A stretch of 64,000 nucleotides of DNA, from the NCBI RefSeq assembly GCF_006345805.1, contig NC_043007.1, positions 21,390,001 to 21,454,000 of the forward strand. The letters are read 5' to 3'. Position 1 is the first letter of the stretch, and every line of letters begins with the position of its first letter. Positions 37,111 through 50,319 of the stretch are shown piece after piece. The translations under genes were made by a program, and so were the position numbers. Below the pieces are notes generated by a model. It saw nothing but the letters and a program-made list of their open reading frames with translations. It was not told where the DNA came from and did not search any database. Source of the stretch: Octopus sinensis (Eukaryota).

Positions 37111-37743
37111 TGACTAAACACATTATTTTGTCCTTATATTTAAATTGTGGGTTGGATTGAATTATAGAATGTTTCTTTATCTATTCTTGAATTCTAGAAT
37201 ATCAGGGCTGACAACATAATGAATTTTATCCATAAAGCCTTTACTACGTAGTATCTTATCATAATAATGAGAAGTGCTCATAACAACAGCTTCATTTATG
37301 GACAATGAAAGGAAAGGCATACTTGTACTGAGAATTACATTTTGTAAAATATTAATTAAGCAATTAAATCTTTTATTTGTTTGAATAATTTCTCATTAAA
37401 TTTGTTTTTTTTTTTGTAAAGAGGAATTTATTTATATCTAAGTTTAAACTAACAGCTAAAAGTTAACAATATTAAAATTAGGGGTGACTGTAATCCCTAA
37501 TCTTATTTCCCTAATCAATTTTATTGGGTTTTTTTAAAGTTTATTTTATTGTCCAAAAATAAGAGCCACCTTTCCCGGGAAATTATTTTTTTATCCAGGC
37601 AGTTTAAATGGTAAATTTCAATAATTTTGCATAAATATTTTCCTCAAGCTCCATCATTAATAATTGTCTAAAGCTTGGAAATGAAAAACCAAATTAATGA
37701 TTTGTGAAATTTTAATTTCCAGTAAAGATACATATATATATAT

Positions 37744-37787
<44 letters not shown>

Positions 37788-38339
37788 ATATATATATAAT
37801 GTGTGTGTACATATGTGTTTGTAGGAGTGTATATGTGAGTATTTATATGTATGTATGTATGTATACCTGCATACACACACATACATATACACACATACAT
37901 ACACATACAAACAAATGCATATGCAAGCATGTACATACACATATATACATACATGCGCACACACACACATAGGTATGCATGTGTGTGTGTATGCATACAC
38001 ACACACATGCATACGCACATACACACACACCTGCTTTTTGCATTTAATTATTATTTTCCCATCAGCAAATTTTCTCTTCAAATTATTTTTTTCTTAAAAA
38101 CTTTTAATCTCCCTTTAATTTAAATTTAATGTCAATGTTAGTTAAATTTTCACTTTATTTCTTTATCTTAATTAATTTCTGATCTTATTTCTTCTTTTTA
38201 TTCTTTTGCTTTTTAATTGCCTTTCCTGACTTTCATTTATATCCACATTATCGTTTATCTTTTCCTTGTTTCAATCATTAGACTGTGGCCATGCTGGGGC
38301 ACCACCTTGAAAATTTTTTTGTTGAATGAATTGACCTTT

Positions 38340-38865
38340 TTCTTTTTTCTTTTACTTGTTTCAGTCATTTGACTGCGGCCATGCTGGAGCACTGCCTTTA
38401 ATCGAGCAACTCGACCCCGGGACTTATTCTTTGTAAGCCCAGTACTTATTCTATCGGTCTCTTTTGCCGAACCGCTAAGTGATGGGGACATAAGCACACC
38501 AGCATCGGTTGTCAAGCGATGTTGGATGGGACAAACAGAGACACACAAACATACGCGCACACATACATACATATATATACATATATACGACGGGCTTCTT
38601 TTCAGTTTCCGTCTACCAAATCCACTCACAAGGCTTTGGTCAGCCCGAGGCTATGGTAGAAGACATTTGCCCAAGGTGCCACCTGAACCATGTGGTTGGT
38701 AAACAAGCTACTTACCACACAGCCACTCCTGTGCTTAACATATATTTTTTAAAATCCTGGTGCTAATTCCATTGATCTTTTAAGCCAGATCACTAAGTTA
38801 TGAGGATGTAAACAAACCAACACCAGTTGTTAAATGTTGGTTGGGAACAAACACAGACACATACA

Positions 38866-38898
<33 letters not shown>

Positions 38899-39050
38899 TG
38901 GGCATTTCTTAGTTTCTGTCTTCCAAATCCATTCACAAGACTTTCGTCAACACAAGCCCAAAGAAGAAAACGCTTGCCCAAGGTGCCACACAGTGGGATT
39001 GAACTCGGAACTATGTGATTGGGAAGCAAGCTACTTACCATACAACTATA
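38340..39050 (-). mobile_element. Two successive SINE family A copies
   Basis: Reverse-complement family A at ~38340-38730 and ~38760-39050. Confidence 0.75.
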
Positions 39051-39349
39051 TTTTTCACCTAATTTGATATATTTTCCACACTTGCTTATTATTGGATGTC
39101 TTCATCATTGCTCATCATCATAATCATTTTGACATCTGCTTTTCCATGCTTGCATGGGTTGAACAGAATTTGTCGAGGCAGACTTTCCATAGCCGGATGT
39201 CCTTCCTGTTACCAGCAAATATTCCATAAATGTCCACTTGTTCTCAAACTTGCTTTAACATGTTAACAACTCTGGTTGATTACTGAAACTTACCAACAGC
39301 ACCACGTTTTCCCAGTCACAGAGAATATTCATTAATTACCAAGAAATAT

Positions 39350-39700
39350 AAAGTGGCAAGCTGACAAAATTGTTAGCATGTTGGATGAAATTCTTAGTGG
39401 TATTTCGTCTGCTGCTATGTTCTGAGTTCAAATTCCGCCAAGGTCGACTTTGCCTGTCATCCTTTCGGGGTCAATAAATTAAGTACCAGTTACGCACTGG
39501 GGTCGATATAATCAACTTAATCCGTTTGTCTGTCCGTGTTTGTCCCGTCTGTGTTTAGCCCCTTGTGGGTAGTAAAGAAATAGGTATTTTGCCTGTTGTT
39601 ACGTTCTGAGTTCAAATTCCACCAAGGTTGACTTTGCCTTTCATCCTTTCAGGGTCAATAAAATAAGTACCTGGGAAACACTGGGGTGACTCAATCAACC
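39350..39700 (+). mobile_element. SINE family C tandem pair
   Basis: Family C core occurs twice. Confidence 0.75.
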
Positions 39701-39744
39701 AGTTCCTTCTCCACAAATTTGAGGCCATGTGCCTATAGTAGAAA

Positions 39745-39980
39745 GCATTACTCTATACTCTTTTACTCTTTTACTTGTTTCAGTCATTTGACTGCAGCCA
39801 TGCTGGAGCACCGCCTTTAGTCAAGCAAATCGACCCCAGGACTTATTCTTTGGAAGCCTAGTACTTATTCTATCGGTCTCTTTTGCCAAACCGCTAAGTT
39901 ACAGGGACGTAAACACACAACCATCGGTTGTCAACCAATAGTGGGGGGACAAACAGACACACAAACATGTATACACACAT
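39745..39980 (-). mobile_element. SINE family A 3' half
   Basis: Reverse complement of the family A tail and 3' half. Confidence 0.75.
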
Positions 39981-41073
39981 ACATATTTATGAAATACAGT
40001 GCCCTTGTTTCAATTAATTTTGAAAATAACGAAGAATTCAGTAAAATAATTGGTATTAGGACCATAATTAAGACGAATATTTTACATATGGCTTTATTTT
40101 ATATCAGTTGCATACTTATAAACTTATATCATAGAATGGCAGGGGGGGGGGCTTAGAATGGGGGGGGGGTGAATTAGAATGGCAACAAAAATGATACTAA
40201 TTGTTTAACTGATAACTGTTCAGACAAAATACTATAGTAGTGGCGGGGGTGGTGGTGGTGGTGGTGGTGGTAGAGATGGTTGGGTGTTGTTTGAGAGAGA
40301 GATTTTGGTTGTTATTTCCAGCAGATCCAAGTAATGGTACAAGATGTCTGTCTGCAATGAAAGCGTAACGGCAATGACTGGAACCTCTGAAGAGATCATA
40401 GGTCTGTTTAACCAAAATAAACCTTGGGCTAAACAGCGGCAGCAACAACAACAATATCATTTCAATGGTTGTGAAATTTAAATATTTTTAGCAGAATCTG
40501 TTTACAAAAAGAAAAAAAAACAAGAAAAGAAAAAAAAAAAAAGAAATGGGAGTTAGTTAAAAACTCCACCCACAAGTTTTTTGAGAAGGTTTCTGATAAT
40601 TTAAGTAAATGTCTGAGCTACATTAGTAAAATTCTCAGATTTTATCCTAGGGGACGCTGAGTATTTTTGGTTAGCAAACACAAAAATGTACATATATATT
40701 TACATATATGTGTGGGTGGGTGTATACACATCCCCACACACACACACATATATATATATATAATGTATATTAATGTTTGTTTTTATGTTCAGTTATAATA
40801 AAAACAATTCTATATTAATCTGATAGGTTACTCCATACTTTTGAAGAGTAAAAATTTCTTATTCTCAAACAGGAATATTGTTGACAGTGTATATATATAT
40901 TTTCTGTGTGTGTGTGTGTGTGTACTCTTTTACTTGTTTGACTGCTTTTTGTTCCTTCATCTGTCTTTGTCTTTTCTTTTCTGTAAATTTGAACTATATA
41001 TATTCAGAACGCCATGATAGACCATTAGCTCCTACACGCATTTTTTTTCTCTCCTTGTTTCTTTTTCTGTGTA

Positions 41074-41111
41074 TCTTTCTGTCGAAGAGCGTAGGCTCGA
41101 AATGTAAAAGA
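41074..41111 (+). ncRNA. Variant minimal type I hammerhead-like motif in a ~300-bp microsatellite-flanked repeat (~40925-41210)
   Basis: TCTTT-CTGTCGAA-GAGC gtag GCTC-GAAA-TGTA-AAAGA: perfect stems I and II and a GUA triplet; the core has A6U, an extra A after A9 and C15.2U. Confidence 0.55.
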
Positions 41112-41388
41112 CTTGTTCTATTTCTATTCCTGAGCGCCATACTAATACATTTGTTTGTTTGTACTCCACCTGCCTTCGTCTTTTGTTTATTTTCGTAAAC
41201 CTTCCCGTTATATATATATATATGTATACAGAGTTAGTGATTATAGTATCTGACTAAGGGATAAAATATCTGTATATACTATCGGTATCCGTTACGTGTA
41301 TTATCCCTGGACATTGGTGTACAGGCACACCATACATGTAAAGTACAGACAACAACAGGATAAACAAGGGTTTATCAGGGATCAATGC

Positions 41389-42514
41389 AAATAATTAAAA
41401 ACGGAGAAAACCACAGATCAACCAACACATTGACAGGACCACATTTATAGCTTATTTTATAAAATACAAAGCATCACATAACAAAATAGGTGACGTAACA
41501 TATCTTACGGCCATTACTGATCAGATTGCCAATATGCAATCTATACATAAGGGTGAGAATAAAATTCTTCATCTTCATAGGGCATTAGAATTAAGGCAAC
41601 GGATCTTCATCAGAGTGAAAAACAAGAGCATTTAATATAAACAAAAATAATAAAATAAATAAATGCGCCCTTTTAAAGCCTAGCCAGGCTCATGGGCCCA
41701 GTTTCCCAGTTTCAATGGCGTATGCATTCCCCAGCTGGATGGGATGCCAGTCCATCGCAGCGTTACTCATTTTTGCCAGCTGAGTGGATTGGAGAAACGT
41801 GAAATGAAGTGTTTTGCTCAAGAACACAACGCATCGCCCGGTCCAGGAATCGAAACCACAATCTTACGATCATGATGCTGACACCCTAACCACTAAGCCA
41901 CGCACCTCCACAAAATAAATGCGCCCTTTTCAAAGCCTAGCCAGGCTCATGGGCCCGGTTTCCCGGTTTCCATGGTGTATGTGTTCCCCACCTGGATGAG
42001 ACACCAGTCCATCACAGTGTTACTCATTTTTGCCGGCTGAGTGGACTGGAGCAACATGAAATAAAGTGTTTTGCTCAAGAACACAACGCGTCGCTTGGTC
42101 CCAGAATCGAAACCAGGATCTTATAATCATGATGCTGACACCCTAACCACTAAGCCACGTGTCTCCACAATATAAACAAAAGGAAGAAGGAAAAGGAAAG
42201 AAAACATGGCTTAGACAAATAATCTAGAAGTTCAATATATCATGTTTTCATTCCTTTTCCTTCTTCCTTTCGTTGTTTTGTTTTTCACTCTGATGAAGAT
42301 CTGTTGCCTTAATTCGAATGCCCTATGAAAATGAAGAACTTTATTCTCACATTTATGTATACACTGCATTTTGGCAATCTGATCAGTAACGGCCATAAGA
42401 TATGTTACGTCACCTATTTTGTTATCTCATGCTTTGTATTAAAAAATAAGCAATAAATGTGGTCCAACCCGATGTGTTGGTTGATCTGTGGTTTTCTCCA
42501 TTTTCGAATTATTT
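41389..42514. repeat. ~237-bp inverted repeat enclosing two tandem minus-strand tRNA-SINEs (~41650-42170)
   Basis: 41389-41625 is the reverse complement of 42278-42514; each arm carries CTGATGAAGATC. Confidence 0.85.
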
Positions 42515-42604
42515 CTTAATAATCTGGTTACCTTATCAGTGGCCAGCATATTAAAATACCTTCTAAGGTGAAAGTTATAAACAATTATAAATAAATTAAT
42601 CTCA

Positions 42605-43160
42605 GAACTTGAGGCAATCCAACAAAGCTACACGAAGAAGATAGCCTCTGTGCAGCATATAAGCTATTGGGAAAGACTCAAGAGATTAAAACTCTATTCC
42701 TTACAGCATAGGTGAGAAAGATATGCCATAATATACATCTGGAAGATCCTGGAAGGACTTGTCCCAAACTTTGGCATCGAGAGTTACACAAATACTAGAA
42801 CTGGGTACCACTGCATAGTGCCAAGGACTCCAAATTTGCCATCAAGATGTAGGACAAGATACTGCAATAGCCTGGGCTTCAGAGGTCCACAGCTCTTCAA
42901 TATCCTCCCGAAGGACCTGAGAGACCTGCATGGGGTGGATGTAGGTGTCTTCAAAATAAAGCTGAACTTCTTCCTGTCAGGTGTCCCAGATGAACCAACT
43001 TCACGGCAGGAGGTGCAGATGAGGGCAGCTGCATCAAACTCTCTCATGCACCAAATGTCAATTGCTAAAAAGCATTCGTGAAGTAAAACTATGTAGCAAA
43101 ACCAAATGGCGGTGCCCCAGCATGGCCACAGCTCATGAGCTGAAACTAGATGAAATGAAA
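42605..43160 (+). mobile_element. CR1-like LINE 3' fragment whose tail matches the SINE A 3' end
   Basis: Reads LEAIQQSYTKKI..SYWERLKRLKLYSLQHR and GPQLFNILP; followed by GGCGGTGCCCCAGCATGGCCACAG..CTGAAACTAG, as in the SINE A tail. Confidence 0.82.
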
Positions 43161-43605
43161 AAAAAAAAAAAATAGAAAAAGGGCAAAAGAAAAAAAAATC
43201 TCTATGCCAATATACTGAAAAATAGACTTCAGATCATTTAAAATGTATGTGGTTAGACAATCTAAAGTCTATTTTACAGCATATTGGCATAAAAAATGTT
43301 TTTCTTTTGCCCTTATTTATAATTCACTGATGAAAGCAAAGCATTTCTCATGCAGCGCCAGAAATCCAGGATCTGGAATTATCCAATAATTTTTTGCTAG
43401 TTTATTTTGTCTCTTTGTCTTCTCTCCTGGTGCTGTATGAACATTTAATATGGTTTTAGAGTCATGTTTTGGCTGCTATTTCCAGCATGGTGGTATCTCT
43501 TAGATACCCTAAATTATAATTTTTAATAATTATTACCTTTGAAAGGTTTTTATTCCCATGCTGGCCACCTGATAAGATCAGTATTTAAATATTGATCTTA
43601 TCCTT

Positions 43606-43642
<37 letters not shown>

Positions 43643-43688
43643 TTCTAAATTGAATTTTTCCCTGTAAGTTACGAATAATATTCCCTCA

Positions 43689-43727
<39 letters not shown>

Positions 43728-43769
43728 TATTATTATTATTAATATTATTATTATTATTATTATTATTAT

Positions 43770-44170
43770 ATCATCATCATCATCATCATCATCGTTTAAC
43801 GTCCGCTTTCCATGCTAGCATGGGTTGGACGGTTCAACTGGGGTCTGGCAAGCCCGAAGGCTGCATCAGGCCAGTTAGATCTGGCAGTGTTTCTACAGCT
43901 GGATGCCCTTCCTAACGCCAACCACTCCGAGAGTGTAGTGGGTGATTTTATGTGCCACCGACACAGGTGCCAGACGAGGCTGGCAGACGGCCACGCTCGG
44001 ATGGTGTTTTCTTATGTGTCACCGACACAGGTGCCAGACGAGGCTGGCGAATGGCCACGCTCGGATGGTGTTTGTTACGTGCCCTCAGCACGGAGGCCAG
44101 TCGATGCGGTACTGGCTACGGTCACATTCGGATGGTTTTCTTATGTGCCACCGGCACTGGTACCACAAGG
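43770..44170 (-). mobile_element. SINE family B copy
   Basis: Reverse-complement family B. Confidence 0.8.
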
Positions 44171-44199
44171 ATACAAATTCCATTGATGTTCATCTATTT

Positions 44200-45035
44200 T
44201 GATTTGGTTTGATTTGATTTGATTTTCACTTGCTTCAACAGGTCTTCACAAGTGTCACAAGAAGGAAGGTATGCACAGGTGGACTGACTACGTCCCAGGT
44301 AGGGGCCACGGGTTATGGCTTCACTAGTCTTGCCGGGTCTTCTCACGCACAGCATACTTCCATAGGTCTCGGTCTCTAGTCATTTCCATGGTGAGACCTA
44401 ACGTCCGAAGGTCGTGCTTCACCACCTCGTCCCAGGTTTTCCTGGGTCTACCTCTTCCATGGGTTCCCTCAACTGCTAGGGATTGGCACTTTCTCACACA
44501 CCTATCTTCATCCATTCTCGCCACATGACCATACCAGCGCAATCGTCTCTCTTGCACACCACAACTGATGCTTCTTAGGTACATTTCTCTCAAGGTACTA
44601 ACGCTCTGTCGAGTAAGTACACTGACATTACACATCCATCGGAGCATACTAGCTTCATTCCTCACGAGCTTACGCATGTCCTCAGCAGTCACGGCCCATG
44701 TTTCACTGCCATGTAGCATAGTTGTTCGTACACATGCATCATACAGTCTGCCTTTTACTCTGAGCGAGAGGCCTTTAGTCACCAGCAGAGGTAAGAGCTC
44801 CCTAAACTTTTCCCAGGCTATTCTTATTCTAGCAGTTACACTTTCAGCGCACCCACCCCCACTACTGACTTGGTCACCTAGATAGCGGAAGCTATCAACT
44901 ACTTCTAGTTTTTCCCCCCGGAAAGTGATGGAAGTTGTTTTCTGCAGATTTTCGGAGGTCAATGCTCCCGAGCATCTGCCACATACAAAAACTATCTTCC
45001 CAGTTAGCCTACCTTTGACATTGCTGCACCTCTTA
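44200..45035 (-). mobile_element. RTE-clade LINE 3' fragment with (AAATC)n tail
   Basis: 212-aa ORF with FRYLGDQV, MLHGSETW, RLRWYGHVARM and GRGRPRKTW motifs. Confidence 0.9.
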
Positions 45036-45046
45036 TGTGTATATGT

Positions 45047-45082
<36 letters not shown>

Positions 45083-45108
45083 GATATATATATGATATAT
45101 ATATATAT

Positions 45109-45175
<67 letters not shown>

Positions 45176-45182
45176 AATAGAG

Positions 45183-45243
<61 letters not shown>

Positions 45244-45554
45244 TGCAACATATTTATATATTTACATGCATAAATGAGTGTATGTGTTTGTGCATGTGTA
45301 TAAAGGCTTCCCATATATTTTATAGTAATTTCTGCATGTTTCTTTGCTTATGTTTGCTGTTTCTGTGGTGTTTTTTTGTTACTTTGTTTTTTTTTCATCA
45401 TAATTTCTTTTTCCTCCCATTTGTAATCTCTCCAGTTTCTTCACAGCTTGTTCCTTTTTTCTCCTGCATAATATTTAAGCAGTTGCACAATTGTTTCCCT
45501 TCTCAAGGAAACTCTCTAAACTTACATTTCACATAAGCTCATATGAAATATGGA

Positions 45555-45940
45555 ATGGAAGCACTCCGTCGGTTGCGACGATGAGGGTTCCGGTTGATCC
45601 GAATCAACGGAACAGCCTGCTCGTGAAATTAACGTGTAAGTGGCTGAGCACTCCACAGACACGTGTACCCTTAACATAGTTCTCGGGGATATTCAGCGTG
45701 ACACAGAGAGTGACAAGGCCGGCCCTTTGAAATACAGGTACAACAGAAACAGGAAGTAAGAGTGAGAGAAAGCTGTGGTGAAAGAGTACAGCAGGGATCA
45801 CCACCATCCCTGCCGGAGCCTCGTGGAGCTTTAGGTGTTTTCGCTCAATAAACACTCACAACGCCCGGTCTGGGAATTGAAACCGCGATCCTATGACCGC
45901 GAGTCCGCTGCCCTAACGACTGGGCAATTGCGCCTCCACT
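45555..45940 (-). mobile_element. tRNA-derived SINE family E
   Basis: Minus-strand head GGAGGCGCAATTGCCCAGTCGTTAGGGCAGCGGACTCGCGG..GGTTTCAATTCC; a related fragment lies at ~4894-5030. Confidence 0.7.
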
Positions 45941-46450
45941 ATGAAATATAAGAGGTACATGAAACACAAGTAGTTTTGTTACTTAGTATTGTTATTGGCT
46001 TTAGTATTATTACAAAAAGAAGTTAGTTGTGTCACTATTAAAATATTGCAATGTTTCCCAGCTTTGGTTGATGTTACAGAATTATTATGAAATATAATGA
46101 AATTCATTTCAAAACTTAATGATAAATATCTTTTAATGACATCAAATCTATGTAAACATGACATCATAATGCCTGGCAAAGTTTTTTCTAACGAGCTAGT
46201 GTAGAATAAGCCAGACTTTTATTCATATTTTCATTAAAGGAATGTTTTCCCTCTCTTCTACTTATATAAGGAAACTAATTTAATTTTGTAGTAGTAGTAG
46301 TAACTTTTAAGTTTGACTTTTTAAACACAGGGACGCCCGAGGTAAATTTGAAATCTCTGATAAAAATACATGTTACAAATATTGAAATGATTATATATGT
46401 GTGTGTGTCTGCATGTGTATATATACATACATGCATACATATATGTATAC

Positions 46451-46534
<84 letters not shown>

Positions 46535-46615
46535 TATATGCATACACACATATGTATGTGTGTATCTGTATGTAAGTGCATGTGTGTAATGCTTATAAAA
46601 AAATAACAACTAAGC

Positions 46616-46649
<34 letters not shown>

Positions 46650-46795
46650 GTATATATATTATGTGTATATATATATATATGTATAAATATATGTATATGT
46701 ATATGTGTATATGTGTGTATATATGTATATATGTATATCTATATGTGTATGTATATGTGTGTGTGTATGTGTGTGTGTGTGTGTGTGAGTGTATA

Positions 46796-47020
46796 TGAGG
46801 GCTGATCAAAAAGCATCCATACTGATGTGGTCAATGCAATGATCACACACTACACATGTTCCTTCCAAGCATTGCTGCTTACAGCAGAAGTGAGCCAGAG
46901 CGTTAAAACTTAGTGCGCATGCACAGCAGAGTTCAAGGTCAATCTGTGCAAAGCAACTTCACTCTGCATACTTTAGCTTCTTTACTATGGCAACAGTCTG
47001 GATACTTATTGATCAGATCA
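46796..47020. mobile_element. Mariner-type MITE with ~24-bp TIRs, TA-flanked
   Basis: TA|TGAGGGCTGATCAAAAAGCATCCA...TGGATACTTATTGATCAGATCA|TA; a partial copy lies at ~23640-23775. Confidence 0.7.
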
Positions 47021-47022
47021 TA

Positions 47023-47083
<61 letters not shown>

Positions 47084-47519
47084 TCACTACAACATCTACC
47101 TGTTTGAACTGTTTCTGCACAGGACCACCTGGACTCTTGCCTTCGCCATGAACAGGAATTAATCTTTTCTCTTCATTCTTTCGCACCTTATGGACTCAAC
47201 TCACTAACTCTCTTCATCTGATGCCACACGGATTTTCACACACCTCCCACATACAATTGCCCCTCTCTTCCACCTACACACCTGCATACCGCCTACCTTG
47301 GTACCCTCAGCTCACCCACACATACATACTCACACACTTGCTCTCCTTCACACATATGCACTATTCTCACATACACAAATGCTTGCACACCTTAGCCTGT
47401 AGGAGTCACCATTATTATTATTATTATTATTATTATCATTATTATTATCGTTATCATTATTGAGTGAGAGAGCAGTGCATGCCATCAAAGTAACACAGGG
47501 GTAAAATATATTCTACCAT

Positions 47520-47762
47520 ATTGTGAGTTTTTGTTTCTTTATCTTCAGGATTATCTTTCCTAGCTACAACATCATGTTTCATGGGTAGATAACACCATGA
47601 TGACATTTTTGGACAACTGCTTATGATGTGGGTGATATCTTCAGTGTGAACTTCACAAAGTCTGCATCGGTTGTCACATTTTACGGCTTTTCCCACATCT
47701 CTATCCCTTTTGTCCATCAGGTACTTGGTTGATATTTCCTGTTCCTGTATGTAAAGATCAAA
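47520..47762 (-). pseudogene. R4/Dong-like (RLE) LINE zinc-knuckle fragment
   Basis: Reads IQEQEISTK...CRLCEVHTEDITHIISSCPKMSSWCYLPMKHDVVA. Confidence 0.7.
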
Positions 47763-47765
47763 AAG

Positions 47766-48059
47766 GTGAATCACAATGACCTTTTTGTGTGGACAATTTG
47801 TGACAGACCATGCCTATCTTTTGCTGGCCTCAAATCTCATCTGCGAACGCATGGAAAACGAACCTCCACCAACTATTCTGCCCTTATGTCTGTGCACACC
47901 TTTGAATGCAGTGTATGCCAGAAGGTTTGCAAATCTAATGGAGGCCTCAAAAGACATTTTAAGACTTATCTGCAGGTCTTGGTGGTCCAAATCGGATGTG
48001 CCATCTATGTGGGTGTCTTTTCAGAACATTGGTTTGAAAAGCCCCATCAGATGTCATGA
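47766..48059 (+). pseudogene. Two decayed C2H2-like fingers, probably an RTE-type LINE C-terminus
   Basis: Reads ICDRPCLSFAGLKSHLRTH and CSVCQKVCKSNGGLKRHFKT; no TGEKP linker. Confidence 0.5.
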
Positions 48060-48117
48060 TGGTGCGAAGGTGTAGGTACAGGAGGGGGTCAAACTCTGTA
48101 TAAGGAGTAGACAACTA

Positions 48118-48762
48118 CCGTGTGTGTGTGTGTGTGTATGTATATATGTATGTATGTATGTATGTTTGTATGTATGTATGTATGTTTGTTTGTATGTATG
48201 TATGTATGTATATATGTATGTATGTATATATGTATGTATGTATGTATATATGAATGTATGCATGAATGTATGTACGTGTGTATGTATGAATGTTTGCATG
48301 AATGTATGTACGTGTGTATGTATGTATGTATGCATGTATGTATGCATGTATGTATGTATGTATGTATGCATGTATGTATGTAGACATGAATGTATGTATG
48401 TATGTATGTATGAATGTATGTATGTGTGTATGTATGTAAGTATGCATGTATGTATGTATGTATGTATGTATGTATGTATGTATGTATGTATGTATGTATG
48501 TATATATGTATGTATGTATATATGTATGTATGCATGAATGTATGTACGTGTGTATGTATGTATGTATGTTTGCATGTATGTATGTATGTATGTATGTATA
48601 TATGTATGTATGTATGTATATATGTATGTATGTATGTATATATGAATGTATGCATGAATGTATGTACGTGTGCATCTATGTATGTATGTATGTATGTATG
48701 TATGCATGCATGCATATATGTATGTATGTATGTATATATGTATGTATGTATGTATATATGTA
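48118..48762. repeat. (TATG)n tetranucleotide field
   Basis: Direct reading. Confidence 0.95.
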
Positions 48763-48997
48763 TTGTGTTCAAACTTTTTCACCTTGTGCTCTGTTTGTTA
48801 AAACACAGAGAAGCAACATTTTGTTTTTTTTTCTTTAGATTCTTAAGAGTGAAATTACAAACTGTGTCCTCAAATTAGTGGTTACGCATTACAATTCCCA
48901 TAACCTGAGGCTTCTGTAACAAAGGAGATGCCTATGTATACATATTTTGCATATCATCTCTATAAAGATATATATCTTCATAAAGATATATCTATAT

Positions 48998-49032
<35 letters not shown>

Positions 49033-49210
49033 ACTCTTGTTTCAGTCATTTGACTGCAGCCATGCTGGAGCAGTGCCTTTAGGACTTATTCTTTGTAAGC
49101 CTAGTACTTATTCTATCTGTCTCTTTTGCTGAACCGCTAAGTTATGGGGGACGTAGACACACCAGCATCGGTTGTCAAGCAACGTTGGGGGGACAAACAC
49201 AGACACACAA

Positions 49211-49211
<1 letters not shown>

Positions 49212-49241
<30 letters not shown>

Positions 49242-50022
49242 AAATACAAAATGGGACAAGAACGCAAAACATCCAAATAGCTGATGCAAAAAACACGGAC
49301 GGGTCATTCGAAGCCTTTAATCTTCAGTCAAGAGCTGGATCATCCTTGCAGTTTCGGCTGATTTATCTTGAGATTGCTCCAATCTGGCCAGCCCCAAGGA
49401 AAAACTAAGCTAAGAGCATTAGATTCCTATATATATATATATATATACACATATACATATATACGACAGGCTTCTTTCAGTTTCCGTCTACCAAATCCAC
49501 TCACAAGGCTTTGGTTGGCCTGAGGCTATAGTAGAAGAGACTTGCCCAAGGTGCCACGCAGTGGGGCTGAACCCGGAACCATGTGGTTGGTAAGCAAGCT
49601 ACTTACTACACAGCCACTCCTGCACCTATCATCATAATTTTCCATGCTCAAATGGATCATATGGAATTTGTTGACAACTCTCACCTGTTCCCAAGTAAGG
49701 TTATATATTTCCCCATGACCTGACATGTTGTGGAAGACTGGAAATGAAGAACACTACTTGTATGATCGTGAAACTCGTTTATGACTATCATGCGAAGTCA
49801 AAGGCATGGAGACAGTAACATATGCACCAAATATACACGCGTGTGTGTGTGTGTGTGTGTATTGATATATGTGACAGACTTCATTCAGTTTCTGTCAATG
49901 GTCTCTACTCATAGGGCATTTGTTGGCCCAGGGCTATAACAGGAGTCATTTGGCCAAGGTGCCATGCAGCAGGACTGAACCTGAAACTATGTGGTTGAAA
50001 AGTGAGCTGCTTAACCATACTG

Positions 50023-50061
<39 letters not shown>

Positions 50062-50191
50062 GGTATGTAGAAAAATACAACATGGACAAGAACATATAAC
50101 TCTTAGAAGACGATACAATAAACATGGACAGGACATTCGAAACCCTCAGTCTTCAGTCAAGAACCGGATCATCGTAGTAATTTCGGCTGAT

Positions 50192-50252
<61 letters not shown>

Positions 50253-50287
50253 GTATATGTATATATATATATATGTGTATATATATG

Positions 50288-50319
<32 letters not shown>

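Noticed and set aside
43327-43370. CTGATGA...GAAA hammerhead-like spacing
   Set aside because: No stem I, II or III pairing.
48054-48878. YIHT/MYVC-repeat ORFs (also 53276-53978 and 59745-60530)
   Set aside because: (TATG)n and (TA)n artefacts.
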